DNA of 64,000 nt from positions 1-64,000 of the forward strand of contig CAVZMI010000034.1 in the NCBI GenBank assembly GCA_963776275.1. Direction: 5' to 3'. This stretch comes from Ignavibacteriota bacterium (GTDB lineage Bacteria; Bacteroidota; Ignavibacteria; UBA10030; CAVZMI01). The notes under the pieces are model-generated. The model did no database searches. It saw only the letters and a program-made list of their open reading frames with translations, and was not told the origin of the DNA. The position numbers and the translations under genes are program-made. The first letter of the stretch is position 1. Each line of letters starts with the position of its first letter. This document shows positions 31,296-42,337 of this stretch, piece after piece.

Positions 31296-31883
31296 GTGAA
31301 AAAATCAAACCTAAATTCTAGCAAGCGCCCAACAAGGCAATATCCGACAATTGCAGTATGCGGCCTTGATTGTGGTTTATGCCCAAGGTTTTACACTGTG
31401 GGCCCATCAAGATGTCCTGGATGTGTTGGCCCTGATTTCTTCAATAAACATCCAACATGTTCTTTCATAACCTGCTGTGTCAAGATAAAGAATCTTGAGG
31501 TTTGTGCTGAATGTTCGGACTTTCCCTGTCCTAAGTTTAAAAGTGCGGAAGAATATAAGCAGGTAAAGGAATCTTCTTCGTACCCATCATCTAAAAAAAT
31601 TTTATCGAATTTGTATTTTATTAAAGAACATGGAATCAAAAAATTTATAGAACAACAGAAAAAACGTATCAAATTAATTGAAACAATGATAGAAAAATTT
31701 GATGATGGAAGGTCGAGAAGCTTTTTCTGTAAAGCAGCAATTCTTCATGACTCAAAGGCATTAGCGGACTCAATAGAAAAAGCAACAAAAATAATTAAAA
31801 CTGACAAGATCAAACAAAGTGATAGGAAAAGCAAAGCAAAGATTCTTAAAACAATTATTAACGAAATTCCTTTAGCAGAATGA
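31296..31883 (+). CDS. Cassette 2: DUF3795-like Cys-rich protein
   Basis: CGLDCGLCP...CPGC...C...CC...CAECSDFPC. Confidence 0.8.
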   Translation: MKKSNLNSSKRPTRQYPTIAVCGLDCGLCPRFYTVGPSRCPGCVGPDFFNKHPTCSFITCCVKIKNLEVCAECSDFPCPKFKSAEEYKQVKESSSYPSSKKILSNLYFIKEHGIKKFIEQQKKRIKLIETMIEKFDDGRSRSFFCKAAILHDSKALADSIEKATKIIKTDKIKQSDRKSKAKILKTIINEIPLAE

Positions 31884-32012
31884 TTGTAATGAATTTATCT
31901 GTAGCAGTCCCACAATTAAAAGTCTATCTCGGGCAGGGTTCGGAACTTCGCACAACAGCCAATATGTGCAATTGCGCTCATATTGATTTTTATAATAACA
32001 TGAGGAATATAT

Positions 32013-32534
32013 ATGTTTTTTGGATTATTAAAAGTCGATAAATCAGAGCCAAAAATAAAAAAATTGGATGCACCTATAAAAATGATCGGTGTTTCGCTGA
32101 AGACAAGTATGAAAACAATATATAAAGATGCAGTTGTTTTAGGAAAAGAATATCAAAAGGTTAAAAAGCTAAACATAATTCAAAATAAAAAAATACCCTG
32201 GTCTTTCGTTGCGGTAAGTAAAAATTTCAGTGATAACAATAGTAGGTGGGAATATTTGATGGGTGATGTTGTAACAACATTTGATAATACACCGAAAGGA
32301 TTAATAACATTTGAAATTCCAGCAAATACTTATGCAGTATTCACAATTCGGCCAAAATTAAATTTTCTTTGGGATCCTATTATTGGGATGACAAAGAAGT
32401 ATATATTTACAGAGTGGCTGCCTAATTCAAAATATGAATCTAATAATAGTATTATAGGTGATTTTGAATATCACGATGAACGAAGTGTATCTAAAAATCC
32501 ATCCATAGATTTGTATGTAGCTGTTAAAGATTAG
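32013..32534 (+). CDS. Cassette 3: GyrI-like/Cass2-type effector-binding protein
   Basis: IPANTYAVF, YIFTEWLPNSKY, DFEYHDER, IDLYVAV. Confidence 0.8.
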   Translation: MFFGLLKVDKSEPKIKKLDAPIKMIGVSLKTSMKTIYKDAVVLGKEYQKVKKLNIIQNKKIPWSFVAVSKNFSDNNSRWEYLMGDVVTTFDNTPKGLITFEIPANTYAVFTIRPKLNFLWDPIIGMTKKYIFTEWLPNSKYESNNSIIGDFEYHDERSVSKNPSIDLYVAVKD

Positions 32535-32575
32535 AAGTGAAATAATATGCATACAGCTGCATATCATAGCAGGCA

Positions 32576-32664
32576 CTATAACGTGAAAAACACCCTACCC
32601 CGCCACATAAAATTATTTTATATCAGTATCGGGTAAGACGGTGTGGTTTGCGTGAACGTTATGG
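32576..32664 (+). repeat. Degenerate attC site
   Basis: CTATAACGT..AACACC..ACCCCG / CGGGT..GGTGT..ACGTTATGG. Confidence 0.55.
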
Positions 32665-32696
32665 GCAATTGCTAACACAAAAGAAGGAGAGGTCTT

Positions 32697-33731
32697 GTGT
32701 CTCGTAGGCTCCATATGGAAATCATCTTATTGATCTTATGCGCTGCGACAAATTTGGTAATGAGCCAGGAGATACTAACGATAAGCACGAAGATCCCACA
32801 CGCTCGGAAGTACCACAGCTTCCTGTACCACGATACCAGCGGTTGTGTTCTTTTGTTCTCAGGCGTTTCGAGAAGCGGATGGACGACCGATCTCATGGAC
32901 ATCTGGTCGTATGATGTAAAGTCTGGCCAATGGAACAACGTCGGCATCTGTGAACCTCTCCAGCCCGACAGCTCTAATGTATTCACTTCCGCTGTCTACG
33001 ATAGCAAATCAAATCGCGTTATAATATTCGATCGTCAGGGACAAACCTGGGCCTATCATTTTGAGAAGAATACGTGGCAGAATATGAAGCCGAATGTATC
33101 GCCACTCCCCCGATGCGGGCAGGGGATGGCGTATGATACTGAATCCGACCGCGTGATTATGTTCGGCGGATTTGGATGCAAGGGAGTCAACGACAGCGTT
33201 TATGCGGACACATGGGCCTATAACTATGATTCCAACACCTGGACCTTGATGCATCCCATGCTTTCCCCACCCGCTCGTATGTACTCTGCGATGGCAGACG
33301 ACAGTAAACTGGATCGCGTTGTTATGTGGGGAGGAAGGCTGTGGAAGCCGTTGCCGGACAACGCTGTGTGGGCATACGATTTTAATTCTGATACCTGGAC
33401 TCGCTACGAGAATGACGGCGGCCCGGCACAGGCGCTCACCTATGCCAACATGGTATACCGGACAGCGACTCACGATTTCTTTCTGTATGGAGGTGCAGTG
33501 CTAGTAGCAGCGTTCAAAGGCAAGCCCACGAATGAAACGTGGACGTATGAACTTTCTTCCAACACATGGAAGCGGCTCATGCCAAACCATTTGCCACCCC
33601 CACTTGCCAACCACGGTATGGCGTATGTCCCGACTAGCAGTGTCGTCATCCTGTTCGGGGGAGAACTTGTAGCTCTCTATTCTGACAAGCTATTCAGTGA
33701 CGTTCTGGTTATTCGACTCGAAGACAAATGA
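32697..33731 (+). CDS. Cassette 4: secreted Kelch-repeat beta-propeller
   Basis: Signal peptide; repeated MAYD...VIMFGG...DTWAY...NTW. Confidence 0.85.
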   Translation: MSRRLHMEIILLILCAATNLVMSQEILTISTKIPHARKYHSFLYHDTSGCVLLFSGVSRSGWTTDLMDIWSYDVKSGQWNNVGICEPLQPDSSNVFTSAVYDSKSNRVIIFDRQGQTWAYHFEKNTWQNMKPNVSPLPRCGQGMAYDTESDRVIMFGGFGCKGVNDSVYADTWAYNYDSNTWTLMHPMLSPPARMYSAMADDSKLDRVVMWGGRLWKPLPDNAVWAYDFNSDTWTRYENDGGPAQALTYANMVYRTATHDFFLYGGAVLVAAFKGKPTNETWTYELSSNTWKRLMPNHLPPPLANHGMAYVPTSSVVILFGGELVALYSDKLFSDVLVIRLEDK

Positions 33732-33758
33732 TTGGGTCAAGCAATAGTTCGCAACTGC

Positions 33759-33884
33759 TCATATCACGCAAAACAACGACGTTGGAATAGGCAGGGAATA
33801 AAAAACCTCGCTCAATATTTTTGTTCGCTTGAATTAGATTTATACGCTCACAAAAATATTGCGTTGTTTTGCAGGACGTTAATC
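33759..33884 (+). repeat. attC site
   Basis: TCATATC..GCAAAACAACG / CGTTGTTTTGC..GTTAATC. Confidence 0.7.
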
Positions 33885-33926
33885 GCCACACAGCGGACAA
33901 TTTGTGCAATCAACGGAGGTGAATTT

Positions 33927-34771
33927 GTGAACTCCAAATGCATCATTCTGCTTGTTGCATTTATTGCTGTGCGATATTCTGCAGCACAGCAAGAGGCAAA
34001 GCTCTACGGAATCGAACGCGTCTATTTCCGACCTGTTCTAGAATCGGATTCAAACCTGATGCGACAGCCCAACGTGGCCTCATTTCTGCCGATTCAACTC
34101 AAGTCTTCCGACCTCGGCTCAATTTAAACAACTCTTTGGATGAAATAGCTGTTCGGGATTTTCGTCTCCCATTTGATCCTCACGGTAAGGAACTCTGGAT
34201 TCGGGAGATTGTTAACAGTGAACATCATCGAATATTTGAGACATGGTGGGCCATGTATGCAGGTGGAAAACGTAGTTGCTTGTGGCGCTTTAGGGCCGAT
34301 CCGAGAGACAACGACGACAAAGCGCTAACGAACTATGTACTAGATAGTGTGTTACAGTCTGGAGAGCACACCATCGCTGTTCGAGTCCAAGGAACAATGT
34401 TTCGCCCACAAGGGGCTTGGTGGGTAACAGGAAAAGTGTTCAATTTCTCCATAGTCGACTCTGGATTAGTTTTCTCATGTATTGAAAACACGTTCGGCTT
34501 TTTTCATGGCTACAACCGGGGCGAGGATCCGCCGATCAGCGTCATGTCGGAAGAGCTAGTCGACAAGCGTTTTCGGAAGCGTGAGGTGTACAAAACTCCC
34601 GAGCATATTCTCAGGCTATGCGGATTCCGAAATCCAGTAACAGATGACGCATCACAATTCAATTGGATAGAACTCCGACAAGTTGCTCGCTGCATTACCG
34701 AAAGAGCTGGTGCAAAGGAATCTTTTCGTGCAATGTATGCACCCACGTTTGTTGAACGTGGTGGGAAATGA
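33927..34771 (+). CDS. Cassette 5: secreted hypothetical protein, frameshift near 34120
   Basis: GGAGG RBS, GTG start and signal peptide in one frame; body in the 33938..34771 frame. Confidence 0.55.
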
Positions 34772-34835
34772 GGTGTGCTCACCAAGCAACATGGTTTACG
34801 TAGTATTAAGGTCGGAGGGTGATCCGCTTCGCGGC

Positions 34836-34983
34836 ACTTATCAGCACCAACTACGACACTCGCTTCATTTGGTAAGGCAACGTTGGTCCCTAGTTCGGCG
34901 CGACAAATAAAGGTCGTTCACCCCGCCCGTCAATTGACAGAATGTTGGTCGGTCGGGGTGCGTAGTTGGCCCAGATGTTATGC
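34836..34983 (+). repeat. attC site
   Basis: ACTTATC..CCAACTACG / CGTAGTTGG..GTTATGC, internal hairpin CACCCCG/CGGGGTG. Confidence 0.7.
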
Positions 34984-35035
34984 GCCATTTGCGTTGCGTT
35001 AACTCATGAGAAACAGGAACGAAAGGGAAAACAAT

Positions 35036-35398
35036 ATGAAAGTCACAGGACTCTCTCTCTGCCTCCTTATAGGAACGGTCTTCTTGTACAACGGATGCAA
35101 GGATGACACAACGGCCCTAGAAGATAATATCTGTTCCTTTGTTAATCCGTATTTGGTTGATAGGCCCGAGAATGGTGCCAATATTCCAGGTTGCGGAACT
35201 ACAAATGTAACTGTTTCAAATGTTCAGCGTATCCAACCATATGCAGTTGTATATTCATTTGATTTCACAATCTCCTGTTCGTCCAGTGGAAAGACTTACT
35301 CGGGGAGAGTCTACGAAGTTGAGTATTCGGACAATTGGATTCCAATAGCTTACAAGCTGGATATTAACGGGAAAAATTGTGGTAGGATTCAAATGTAG
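35036..35398 (+). CDS. Cassette 6: small Cys-containing lipoprotein
   Basis: MKVTGLSLCLLIGTVFLYNGC lipoprotein signal. Confidence 0.65.
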   Translation: MKVTGLSLCLLIGTVFLYNGCKDDTTALEDNICSFVNPYLVDRPENGANIPGCGTTNVTVSNVQRIQPYAVVYSFDFTISCSSSGKTYSGRVYEVEYSDNWIPIAYKLDINGKNCGRIQM

Positions 35399-35448
35399 GA
35401 ATTAGCTGGAGAATTGACCAATCATCAATGCCGGAGCGATATTCTTAT

Positions 35449-36144
35449 CTATTCCTTCTCTTTTTTCTTCCCTTCGATGACAATGACAAATTCCCCCTTG
35501 ATGTTCCGGGATGAAAAATGTTCAAGAACCGAAGAGACGGAACCGCGCAGCACCTCCTCGAATTTTTTCGTCAGCTCGCGCGCCACGGCAATCCGGCGAT
35601 CGCCAAAATACTGCTGAATATCTGCAAGTGTGCGGAGTACTTTATGGGGGGATTCGTAGAGGATGACTGTCCGTTCCTCTTTTGCAAGCCGTTTCAGCAT
35701 CGTCTGGCGCCCTTTCTTCGCCGGCAGAAAGCCTTCGAAGACGAACGCATCCGCCGATAAACCGCTGACGACGAGAGCGGCCACAAAGGCGGTGGGGCCC
35801 GGAATGGGAACGACCGGCACATCGGCGTCGATCGCGGCACGCACAATGCTGTAAGCAGGATCCGAGATGCCCGGCGTCCCGGCATCCGACACCAGCGCGA
35901 TCGATTGACCCTGCTCGAGCTTATCTATAAGATCGGGTACCCGGCGCTGCTCGTTATAACTGTAGAAGCTTATGAGCGGTTTCTTAATTTCGAAATGATC
36001 TAATAGAATCTTCGTCGTTCGCGTGTCTTCTGCAGCTATCAGATCGACAGATTTTAATATCTCCAGCGCCCGTACGGTGATATCGCCGAGATTGCCGATA
36101 GGAGTCGCGACAATAAATAAGACTCCTCGCGAAGTATTCACCAT
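35449..36144 (-). CDS. rsmI: 16S rRNA (C1402) 2'-O-methyltransferase
   Basis: VATPIGNLGDIT, EDTR, SDAGTPGISDP, YESPH, RELTKKFEE. Confidence 0.95.
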   Translation of the reverse strand: MVNTSRGVLFIVATPIGNLGDITVRALEILKSVDLIAAEDTRTTKILLDHFEIKKPLISFYSYNEQRRVPDLIDKLEQGQSIALVSDAGTPGISDPAYSIVRAAIDADVPVVPIPGPTAFVAALVVSGLSADAFVFEGFLPAKKGRQTMLKRLAKEERTVILYESPHKVLRTLADIQQYFGDRRIAVARELTKKFEEVLRGSVSSVLEHFSSRNIKGEFVIVIEGKKKEKE

Positions 36145-36328
36145 ATTTGATGAAGAATATTCAATCATAATGTCATAATATAGGAATATGAGATGAAAAA
36201 AAGAAATGAATATACGATTCAAAAAGATGTATACGTGTATTTCACCAAAAAAAACGGCCAGATGCCCCAAGGCTCCTGGCCGCATTATGGCGTTCTCCCC
36301 GTATTTTAAGATCCGAAATCCAGAGATC

Positions 36329-37726
36329 CTATTTCAGCGATGAAAGGACCTGACGAATAATTTGCATTCCCTTATCGACGTTTTCCTTTGAAAGTATCAG
36401 CGGGGGACGGAACCGGATCGTCCGCTCTCCACATCCCATAATAATCAATCCCAGCTCATAAGCCTTTTTACGAAATTGTCTACGGCTCTCGGGAGAATCG
36501 AAATCCATGGCGCACATGAGTCCTCTGCCGCGGATGTTGTGAATCAGCAGCGGAAATTCCTCGCCGATCTCCTGAAGCCGTATCAGGAGATACTCGCCGA
36601 CAACGCGGGCATTCTCAACGAGATTTTCTTCCTCGATGATCTGCAGTATCTTTGTGAACCGCACCATGTCGACGAGATTCCCGCCGAACGTCGAATTCAG
36701 CCGGCTCGATTTATGAAATACATTATCCTTCACTTCGTCAATGCGCGTGCTGCACATGAAGCCGCAGATGTGCGTTTTCTTGCCGAATGCCATCATGTCG
36801 GGCTTCACGAAATGTTCATGAGCCCACATGGCTCCGGTCAGGCCGACGCCTGTCTGCACCTCATCGAAGATCAGCATGATCTCGTTTTCATCGCAGATCC
36901 TTCGCAGCTCGACGAAAAATTCTTTCCGGAAGTGGTGATCTCCCCCTTCGGACTGGATCGGTTCGATGATCATCGCTGCAATGTCATCCGGATTGTTGAT
37001 GATCGCTTCTTTGATCTGACCGAGGGCAATCTGCTCCGCATTGATCACCTCATTGAGGTTTCGTTCATTCAACGGGAAGCGGATCGCCGGATTCAGAATC
37101 CGCGGCCACTTGAACTTCGGGAAATAATTTGTCTTGGTCGGATCTGTATTTGTGAGCGACATCGTATATCCACTCCGGCCGTGAAATGCCTGCCGGAAAT
37201 GAATGACCTGATGTCCCCGTTCTATCGTATATCCTTTTATAAAATTTTTTCGGACCTTCCAATCAAACGCCGTCTTCAAGGCATTTTCATTCGCCAATGC
37301 ACCGCCATCAATATAAAATACATATGGGAGATACGACGGCATCGCGATGCGGCTGAAAGTCTCGACGAATTCGGCCATCTCAACCGTGTAGATATCCGAA
37401 AGCGTCGGCTTATTCACAGCAGCATAACCCAGTTTCTCGCGGAATGCGGGCGAGTTCAAACCGGGATGGTTCATTCCCACCGCCGATGATGCGAAAAACG
37501 AGAAGAAGTCAAGGAATTCTCTCTCACGCCGCGAATCATAAATATAGCAGCCGTGACTTTTTTGCAGGTCAACGACCATGTCAAGACCGTCGGCCAGCAT
37601 GTGCTTCGCGAGCGTGGTATGAACTTCCTGTGGCGTGATGTGTACGGGGGCCGCAGTGGCCTTCTTCCCCGTTACTTCTGTTTCCTTCTGAACGGGGTTC
37701 TTATCGACAACCAATGTGTCGGGCAT
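36329..37726 (-). CDS. lat: L-lysine 6-transaminase
   Basis: GALANENALKTAFDWK, AFHGRSGY, DEVQTG, AFGKK, STFGGNLVDM. Confidence 0.9.
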   Translation of the reverse strand: MPDTLVVDKNPVQKETEVTGKKATAAPVHITPQEVHTTLAKHMLADGLDMVVDLQKSHGCYIYDSRREREFLDFFSFFASSAVGMNHPGLNSPAFREKLGYAAVNKPTLSDIYTVEMAEFVETFSRIAMPSYLPYVFYIDGGALANENALKTAFDWKVRKNFIKGYTIERGHQVIHFRQAFHGRSGYTMSLTNTDPTKTNYFPKFKWPRILNPAIRFPLNERNLNEVINAEQIALGQIKEAIINNPDDIAAMIIEPIQSEGGDHHFRKEFFVELRRICDENEIMLIFDEVQTGVGLTGAMWAHEHFVKPDMMAFGKKTHICGFMCSTRIDEVKDNVFHKSSRLNSTFGGNLVDMVRFTKILQIIEEENLVENARVVGEYLLIRLQEIGEEFPLLIHNIRGRGLMCAMDFDSPESRRQFRKKAYELGLIIMGCGERTIRFRPPLILSKENVDKGMQIIRQVLSSLK

Positions 37727-37953
37727 GGAACACCTCCTTCATGATTCAGGGTACTATGTCGTTGTAATAAAATAGACACAATCCCTCTCTCAGAAGAATT
37801 CCTGATGCTCAAAAAACGAAACAATATATGTTACACGACCGACCATGATATAATATACCTGTTTATAATGAAGAAAACAATTATCCCCTTGCTGACGTTC
37901 CCTACCTCTATAATAATCGACATTTTTATGTCTTCACTTAAGGAGAAATCCAA

Positions 37954-38010
37954 ATAAATATTGAATTGTACCAGCTATAACTTGCCGCTATAGTCGACAT
38001 ATACCGTCCT
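37954..38010 (-). pseudogene. Degenerate duplicate of the ALDH 3' end
   Basis: Reads RTVYVDYSGKL*LVQFNIY versus KTVYVDFSGKLQRAQIDNY in the intact gene. Confidence 0.7.
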
Positions 38011-38138
38011 TATATCTATGCCTCGGGAGGTGGACCGTCCCTCGTAACACTCTTTTTATTCTGCACGTTCCGAGGGAGCATGACTCCCAAGGAATATATG
38101 CCAACCTTAAACCTTAAACCTTCAACCTTAAACGCTCT

Positions 38139-39626
38139 TCAGTAATTATCTATCTGCGCCCGTTGCAGCTTACCGCTAAAATCGACATATACTGTTTTCC
38201 ATTCTGTGTAGAAGTCGTACACCGCCCATCCACCCTCACGGTGTCCGTTACCCGTCTCCTTAACTCCACCGAACGGCATATGGGCTTCGGCGCCGATGGT
38301 CGGGACATTGATATAGGTGATGCCCGCTTTGATATCCCGTATGGCCTGAAATGCCGAGTTCACGTTTGTCGTGTAGATGGAAGATGAGAGTCCGTACGGT
38401 GTGTCGTTTAGAACTACAATCGCTTCTTCGAGTGTCTTCACTTTGAGAACCGATAACACAGGACCGAAAATTTCTTCCCTTGCAATTCTCATTTCCGGAA
38501 TCACATCGGTGAAAATTGTCGGTTTGTAGAACCATCCTTTGCTTGCCTCGCCTTCGGTATAGATCTCACCGCCTATTGCAATTTTCGCTCTCTCCTTCTT
38601 TCCGATTTCGACATAGCTCTGAACTATATCGCGTTGTGATTTATTAACACATGGACCGACATCAACATCCGGCAGCAAACCGTCACCGAGTTTAAGTTTT
38701 TCAGTCCGCTTGATCAACATATCGATGAACGTATTGTAGATACCTTCCTGAAGTATAAGCCGGCTCGTTGCAGTGCAGCGCTGCCCAGTGGTCCCGAACG
38801 CACCCCAGAGAACACCGTCGAGTGCGAGCTCAAGATTCGAATCGTCCATAACAATCTGCGCATTTTTCCCGCCGAGTTCGAGTGAAACACGTTTGAGTGT
38901 CTTCCCCGCGGCTGAAGCAATAATCTTCCCGACTGATGAAGAACCCGTGAAGCTGATCAGGTCGATATCCGGATGTTCGACTATCGCCATACCGACTTCA
39001 CTGCCGGTACCGTGGACGATATTGACGACTCCATCAGGAACTCCGGCTTCCGTCAGAATTTCAACAAGCTTTGCGGCAGTCTCAGGAGTATCCGATGCCG
39101 GCTTAAACACCACAGTATTACCGCTAAGCAGGGCCGGAAAGATTTTCCAGGTCGGAATTGCCATTGGAAAATTCCATGGAGTGATGATCCCGGCAACGCC
39201 GATCGGCACTCTTATTGCCATATTAAACTTGTTTGGAAGCTCTGAAGGTACTGTATGACCGAACAGCCGCCGTCCTTCTGTGGCTGCATAGTATGCGGTA
39301 TCGATTCCTTCCTGAACGTCGGCGCGTGTTTCGAGCAGCACCTTCCCCATTTCTTTCGTCATTATGCGAGCCAGTTCTTCTTTTCTTGCTACGAGGATAT
39401 CTCCGACCTTTCGCATGATGTCACCGCGTTTTGGTGCAGGTACGAGGCGCCATTTCTCGAATGCCGTTCGCGCTGCTTTAACGGCTTCATCAACATCTTC
39501 TTTTGTGGATTTTGGAAAGGTACTGAGAATTTCATCCCAGTTGGCGGGGTTTCTATTTTCGAAGGCACGCCCTGATTGTGAATCGATGTTCTTACCATTG
39601 ATGAAGTTTTTGTAATGCTTCGCCAT
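38139..39626 (-). CDS. Aldehyde dehydrogenase (probably aminoadipate-semialdehyde dehydrogenase, given lat adjacency)
   Basis: PWNFP, FTGS, LELGGKN, GQRCTA, EEIFGPV. Confidence 0.93.
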   Translation of the reverse strand: MAKHYKNFINGKNIDSQSGRAFENRNPANWDEILSTFPKSTKEDVDEAVKAARTAFEKWRLVPAPKRGDIMRKVGDILVARKEELARIMTKEMGKVLLETRADVQEGIDTAYYAATEGRRLFGHTVPSELPNKFNMAIRVPIGVAGIITPWNFPMAIPTWKIFPALLSGNTVVFKPASDTPETAAKLVEILTEAGVPDGVVNIVHGTGSEVGMAIVEHPDIDLISFTGSSSVGKIIASAAGKTLKRVSLELGGKNAQIVMDDSNLELALDGVLWGAFGTTGQRCTATSRLILQEGIYNTFIDMLIKRTEKLKLGDGLLPDVDVGPCVNKSQRDIVQSYVEIGKKERAKIAIGGEIYTEGEASKGWFYKPTIFTDVIPEMRIAREEIFGPVLSVLKVKTLEEAIVVLNDTPYGLSSSIYTTNVNSAFQAIRDIKAGITYINVPTIGAEAHMPFGGVKETGNGHREGGWAVYDFYTEWKTVYVDFSGKLQRAQIDNY

Positions 39627-39637
39627 GGTACACCCCC

Positions 39638-40933
39638 TTATGTCAGACCGACCCTTTTGAAGATCGTGTCGACATGTTTTGTGCTTCTGGAGAGATCGAA
39701 TAATTCGTCAATCTCTTTTTGTGAAAGGATTGCCGTAATTTCGGGTTCCGCTTTAAGGAGGTCCTTGAATTCCTGTTTGGTTTGCCAGGCCTCCATCGCA
39801 TTTTTCTGGACCAGCCGGTACGCATCTTCGCGATTCATCCCCTTTTTTGTCAGTGCAAGAAGCACCGGTTGCGAGAAAATGAGCCCGTGCGTAAGGTTCA
39901 GATTCGCCAGCATGTTTTCCGGATAAACAAGAAGTCTGTCCAGAACGTTCGAGGTCAGATGGATCATGTAATCAAGCAAAATGCAGCTATCGGGGATCAC
40001 AACGCGTTCAACGGATGAATGGGTGATATCACGCTCGTGCCACAATGCAACGTTTTCGAGTGCCGCCATTGCATTTCCGCGCAGAACGCGGGCGAGTCCG
40101 GCAATGCGTTCGCATGTGATCGGATTCCGTTTATGTGGCATGGCGGAGGAGCCTTTCTGGCCTTTGGAAAAATATTCCTCGGCTTCGAATACCTCGGTTC
40201 TTTGTAAATGCCGGATTTCCGTCGCAAATTTCTCGAGTGACGCTCCGATAATGGCAAGCGTGCTCATGAATTCCGCATGACGATCGCGCTGAAGCACCTG
40301 TGTTGAGACCGATGCCGGTTTCAATCCCAGTTTTCCGCATACATATTCTTCCACTTTCGGACTCAGATGCTCGAACGTTCCGACTGCACCCGAAATCATC
40401 CCCACCGAGATGGTCTCGATGGCATGTTCCAGTCGCGTAATATTCCGCTTGGTTTCTTCATACCAGATTGCAAATTTCAGTCCCATGGTAACAGGTTCCG
40501 CATGGATACCGTGTGTACGGCCGACCATAATGGTATTTTTTAATTCCACCGCGCGCCGGGCAAGGATTTCTTTCAATCCCTGAAGTCCTTTCAAAAGCAG
40601 CTCTCCCGATTGTTTCATCTGCACGGCCAGTGCTGTATCGAGAACATCCGAAGACGTTATGCCGAGGTGAATGAAACGCGATTCCGGACCCACATATTCT
40701 CCGACGTTCGTCAGAAAGGCGATCACATCGTGCTTGACTTCTTCTTCGATGGCCGCGATACGTTCAACATCGAATGCCGCCTTCTCGCGAATTACCGATA
40801 CTGCTTTAGAAGGAATCACACCCAGCTGTGCCTGTGCTTCACATGCAAGGATTTCGATTTGAAGCCAGATAGAAAATTTGTTTTTATCGTTCCAGATGGC
40901 CCCTATGGCAGGACGTGTATATCGTGAGATCAC
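39638..40933 (-). CDS. purB: Adenylosuccinate lyase
   Basis: [28 protein letters not shown]. Confidence 0.96.
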   Translation of the reverse strand: MISRYTRPAIGAIWNDKNKFSIWLQIEILACEAQAQLGVIPSKAVSVIREKAAFDVERIAAIEEEVKHDVIAFLTNVGEYVGPESRFIHLGITSSDVLDTALAVQMKQSGELLLKGLQGLKEILARRAVELKNTIMVGRTHGIHAEPVTMGLKFAIWYEETKRNITRLEHAIETISVGMISGAVGTFEHLSPKVEEYVCGKLGLKPASVSTQVLQRDRHAEFMSTLAIIGASLEKFATEIRHLQRTEVFEAEEYFSKGQKGSSAMPHKRNPITCERIAGLARVLRGNAMAALENVALWHERDITHSSVERVVIPDSCILLDYMIHLTSNVLDRLLVYPENMLANLNLTHGLIFSQPVLLALTKKGMNREDAYRLVQKNAMEAWQTKQEFKDLLKAEPEITAILSQKEIDELFDLSRSTKHVDTIFKRVGLT

Positions 40934-41112
40934 TTGATAAGCACTCCTTTCTCTACCAGGCTAATAAGAAAACGGATTGGTCATTCCGACACTTCCCCCG
41001 ATGTTTGTCGAGGATAGATCAGAATCTACAAAATTAATTGAAAATGGCACTTCGAATTTGAGGAACACAACCTTAAAAAATAAATCGCCAGCCTGTTACA
41101 AATCGCAGACTC

Positions 41113-42326
41113 TTATTTCTGCTTTTCCAGTTTGAGTGAGATATTTATTTTTTTCTTATCACGCATAACGGTCATTTTTAATGTATCGCCGGTTTTTGCA
41201 TCGCGAATCACTTCCATGATAGATTCTTCATTCACTATGGGAATACCACTGACTTCGAGGATCACATCGCCGGGCTGCAGTCCTGCCCGATCTCCCGGAC
41301 TATTCTTTTGAACATCGCTGATGATAACTCCCTCGGTTTTCTGCAGGCCAAGTGGTTTTACCATGCGTTCATCCACATTCTGAACACTGATGCCCGTCCA
41401 GAAATCCCTTTCAACCTTTCCATCTTTCTTGAGAATCTCGAGTGCAACTTCTTGATACGATTAATCGGAATTGCAAAACCGTATCCGACATATGTCTGAG
41501 AATACCCCGCGGTGAAGATCAATGTGTTCATTCCAATGACTTCACTGTTCATGTTAACCAGCGGACCGCCGCTGTTTCCTTTGTTGATCTGGGCGTTCGT
41601 CGCGATCATATCACGATAGATTCTCCCTTCATCGCCTGAGAGTTTCATACCGGTCGAGCTGACGATTCCATTCGTAACGATCGGTTTATCGTTAATATCG
41701 AAGAGGCCAAACGGATTACCAAAGGCAACCACATCTTCACCAACCATGATATCGTCCGAGTCACCGAATTGTATATAAGGAAAATTTTCTCCTTCAATTT
41801 TCAGGAGTGCCACATCGGAGACATGGTCGGAACCGACGAGTCGTGCTTTGTAGCGTTGTTTATTCGTCATGGTGATTGTAATTTCTTTCGCATTACCGAC
41901 AACGTGATCGTTCGTGAGGAGGTAGCCATCCGCAGAGATGATAAAGCCAGAGCCGAGTCCCTGTACTTCTTCCTTATATGTTTGATCGCGCTTCTGGTGG
42001 CCAAAAAACTGATCAAAGAAAGGATCATTGAAAAAATTTTGAAATGGATCGCGTACCGTATATTCACGCACTTCTTTAACGTTGATTCCGACGACTGCCG
42101 GACTCGCGACCGCTGCGACATGCGTAATCAATGAGCGTCGTGTTTCACGGGTATTCGGTTGTTTTGTGTTCTCCTGTTGGAACACCGCCTTTTCAGTATC
42201 GTAATGGCGGGTATCGACCCCCAAATTATCCATCGGGCGCGAAGGAGCCGTAGCACGGCCGATAACAAAACCCGCAATGCCAAATAATAAAAAAACCAGT
42301 GCAACGATGATAATACGCCGAGCCAT
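41113..42326 (-). CDS. HtrA/DegP-family serine protease with PDZ domain, frameshift near 41450
   Basis: GSGFII, TNDHVV, GNSGGPL; PDZ domain in the 41113..41376 frame. Confidence 0.9.
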
Positions 42327-42337
42327 AATTATCCTCC

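Larger units (their letters stand above)
30239..35398 (+). mobile_element. Integron gene-cassette array without integrase (CALIN), about 6 cassettes
   Basis: Co-oriented unrelated ORFs separated by attC-like inverted repeats ending in GTT core sites at 30289, 31255, 32658, 33878 and 34977; cassette ends are complementary to their own starts. Confidence 0.8.

Noticed and set aside
36476-37489. 337-aa plus-strand ORF
   Set aside because: Antisense shadow of lat.
37727-38138. Lysine riboswitch upstream of lat
   Set aside because: No L-box consensus recognised; the region is explained by the ALDH remnant and short repeats.
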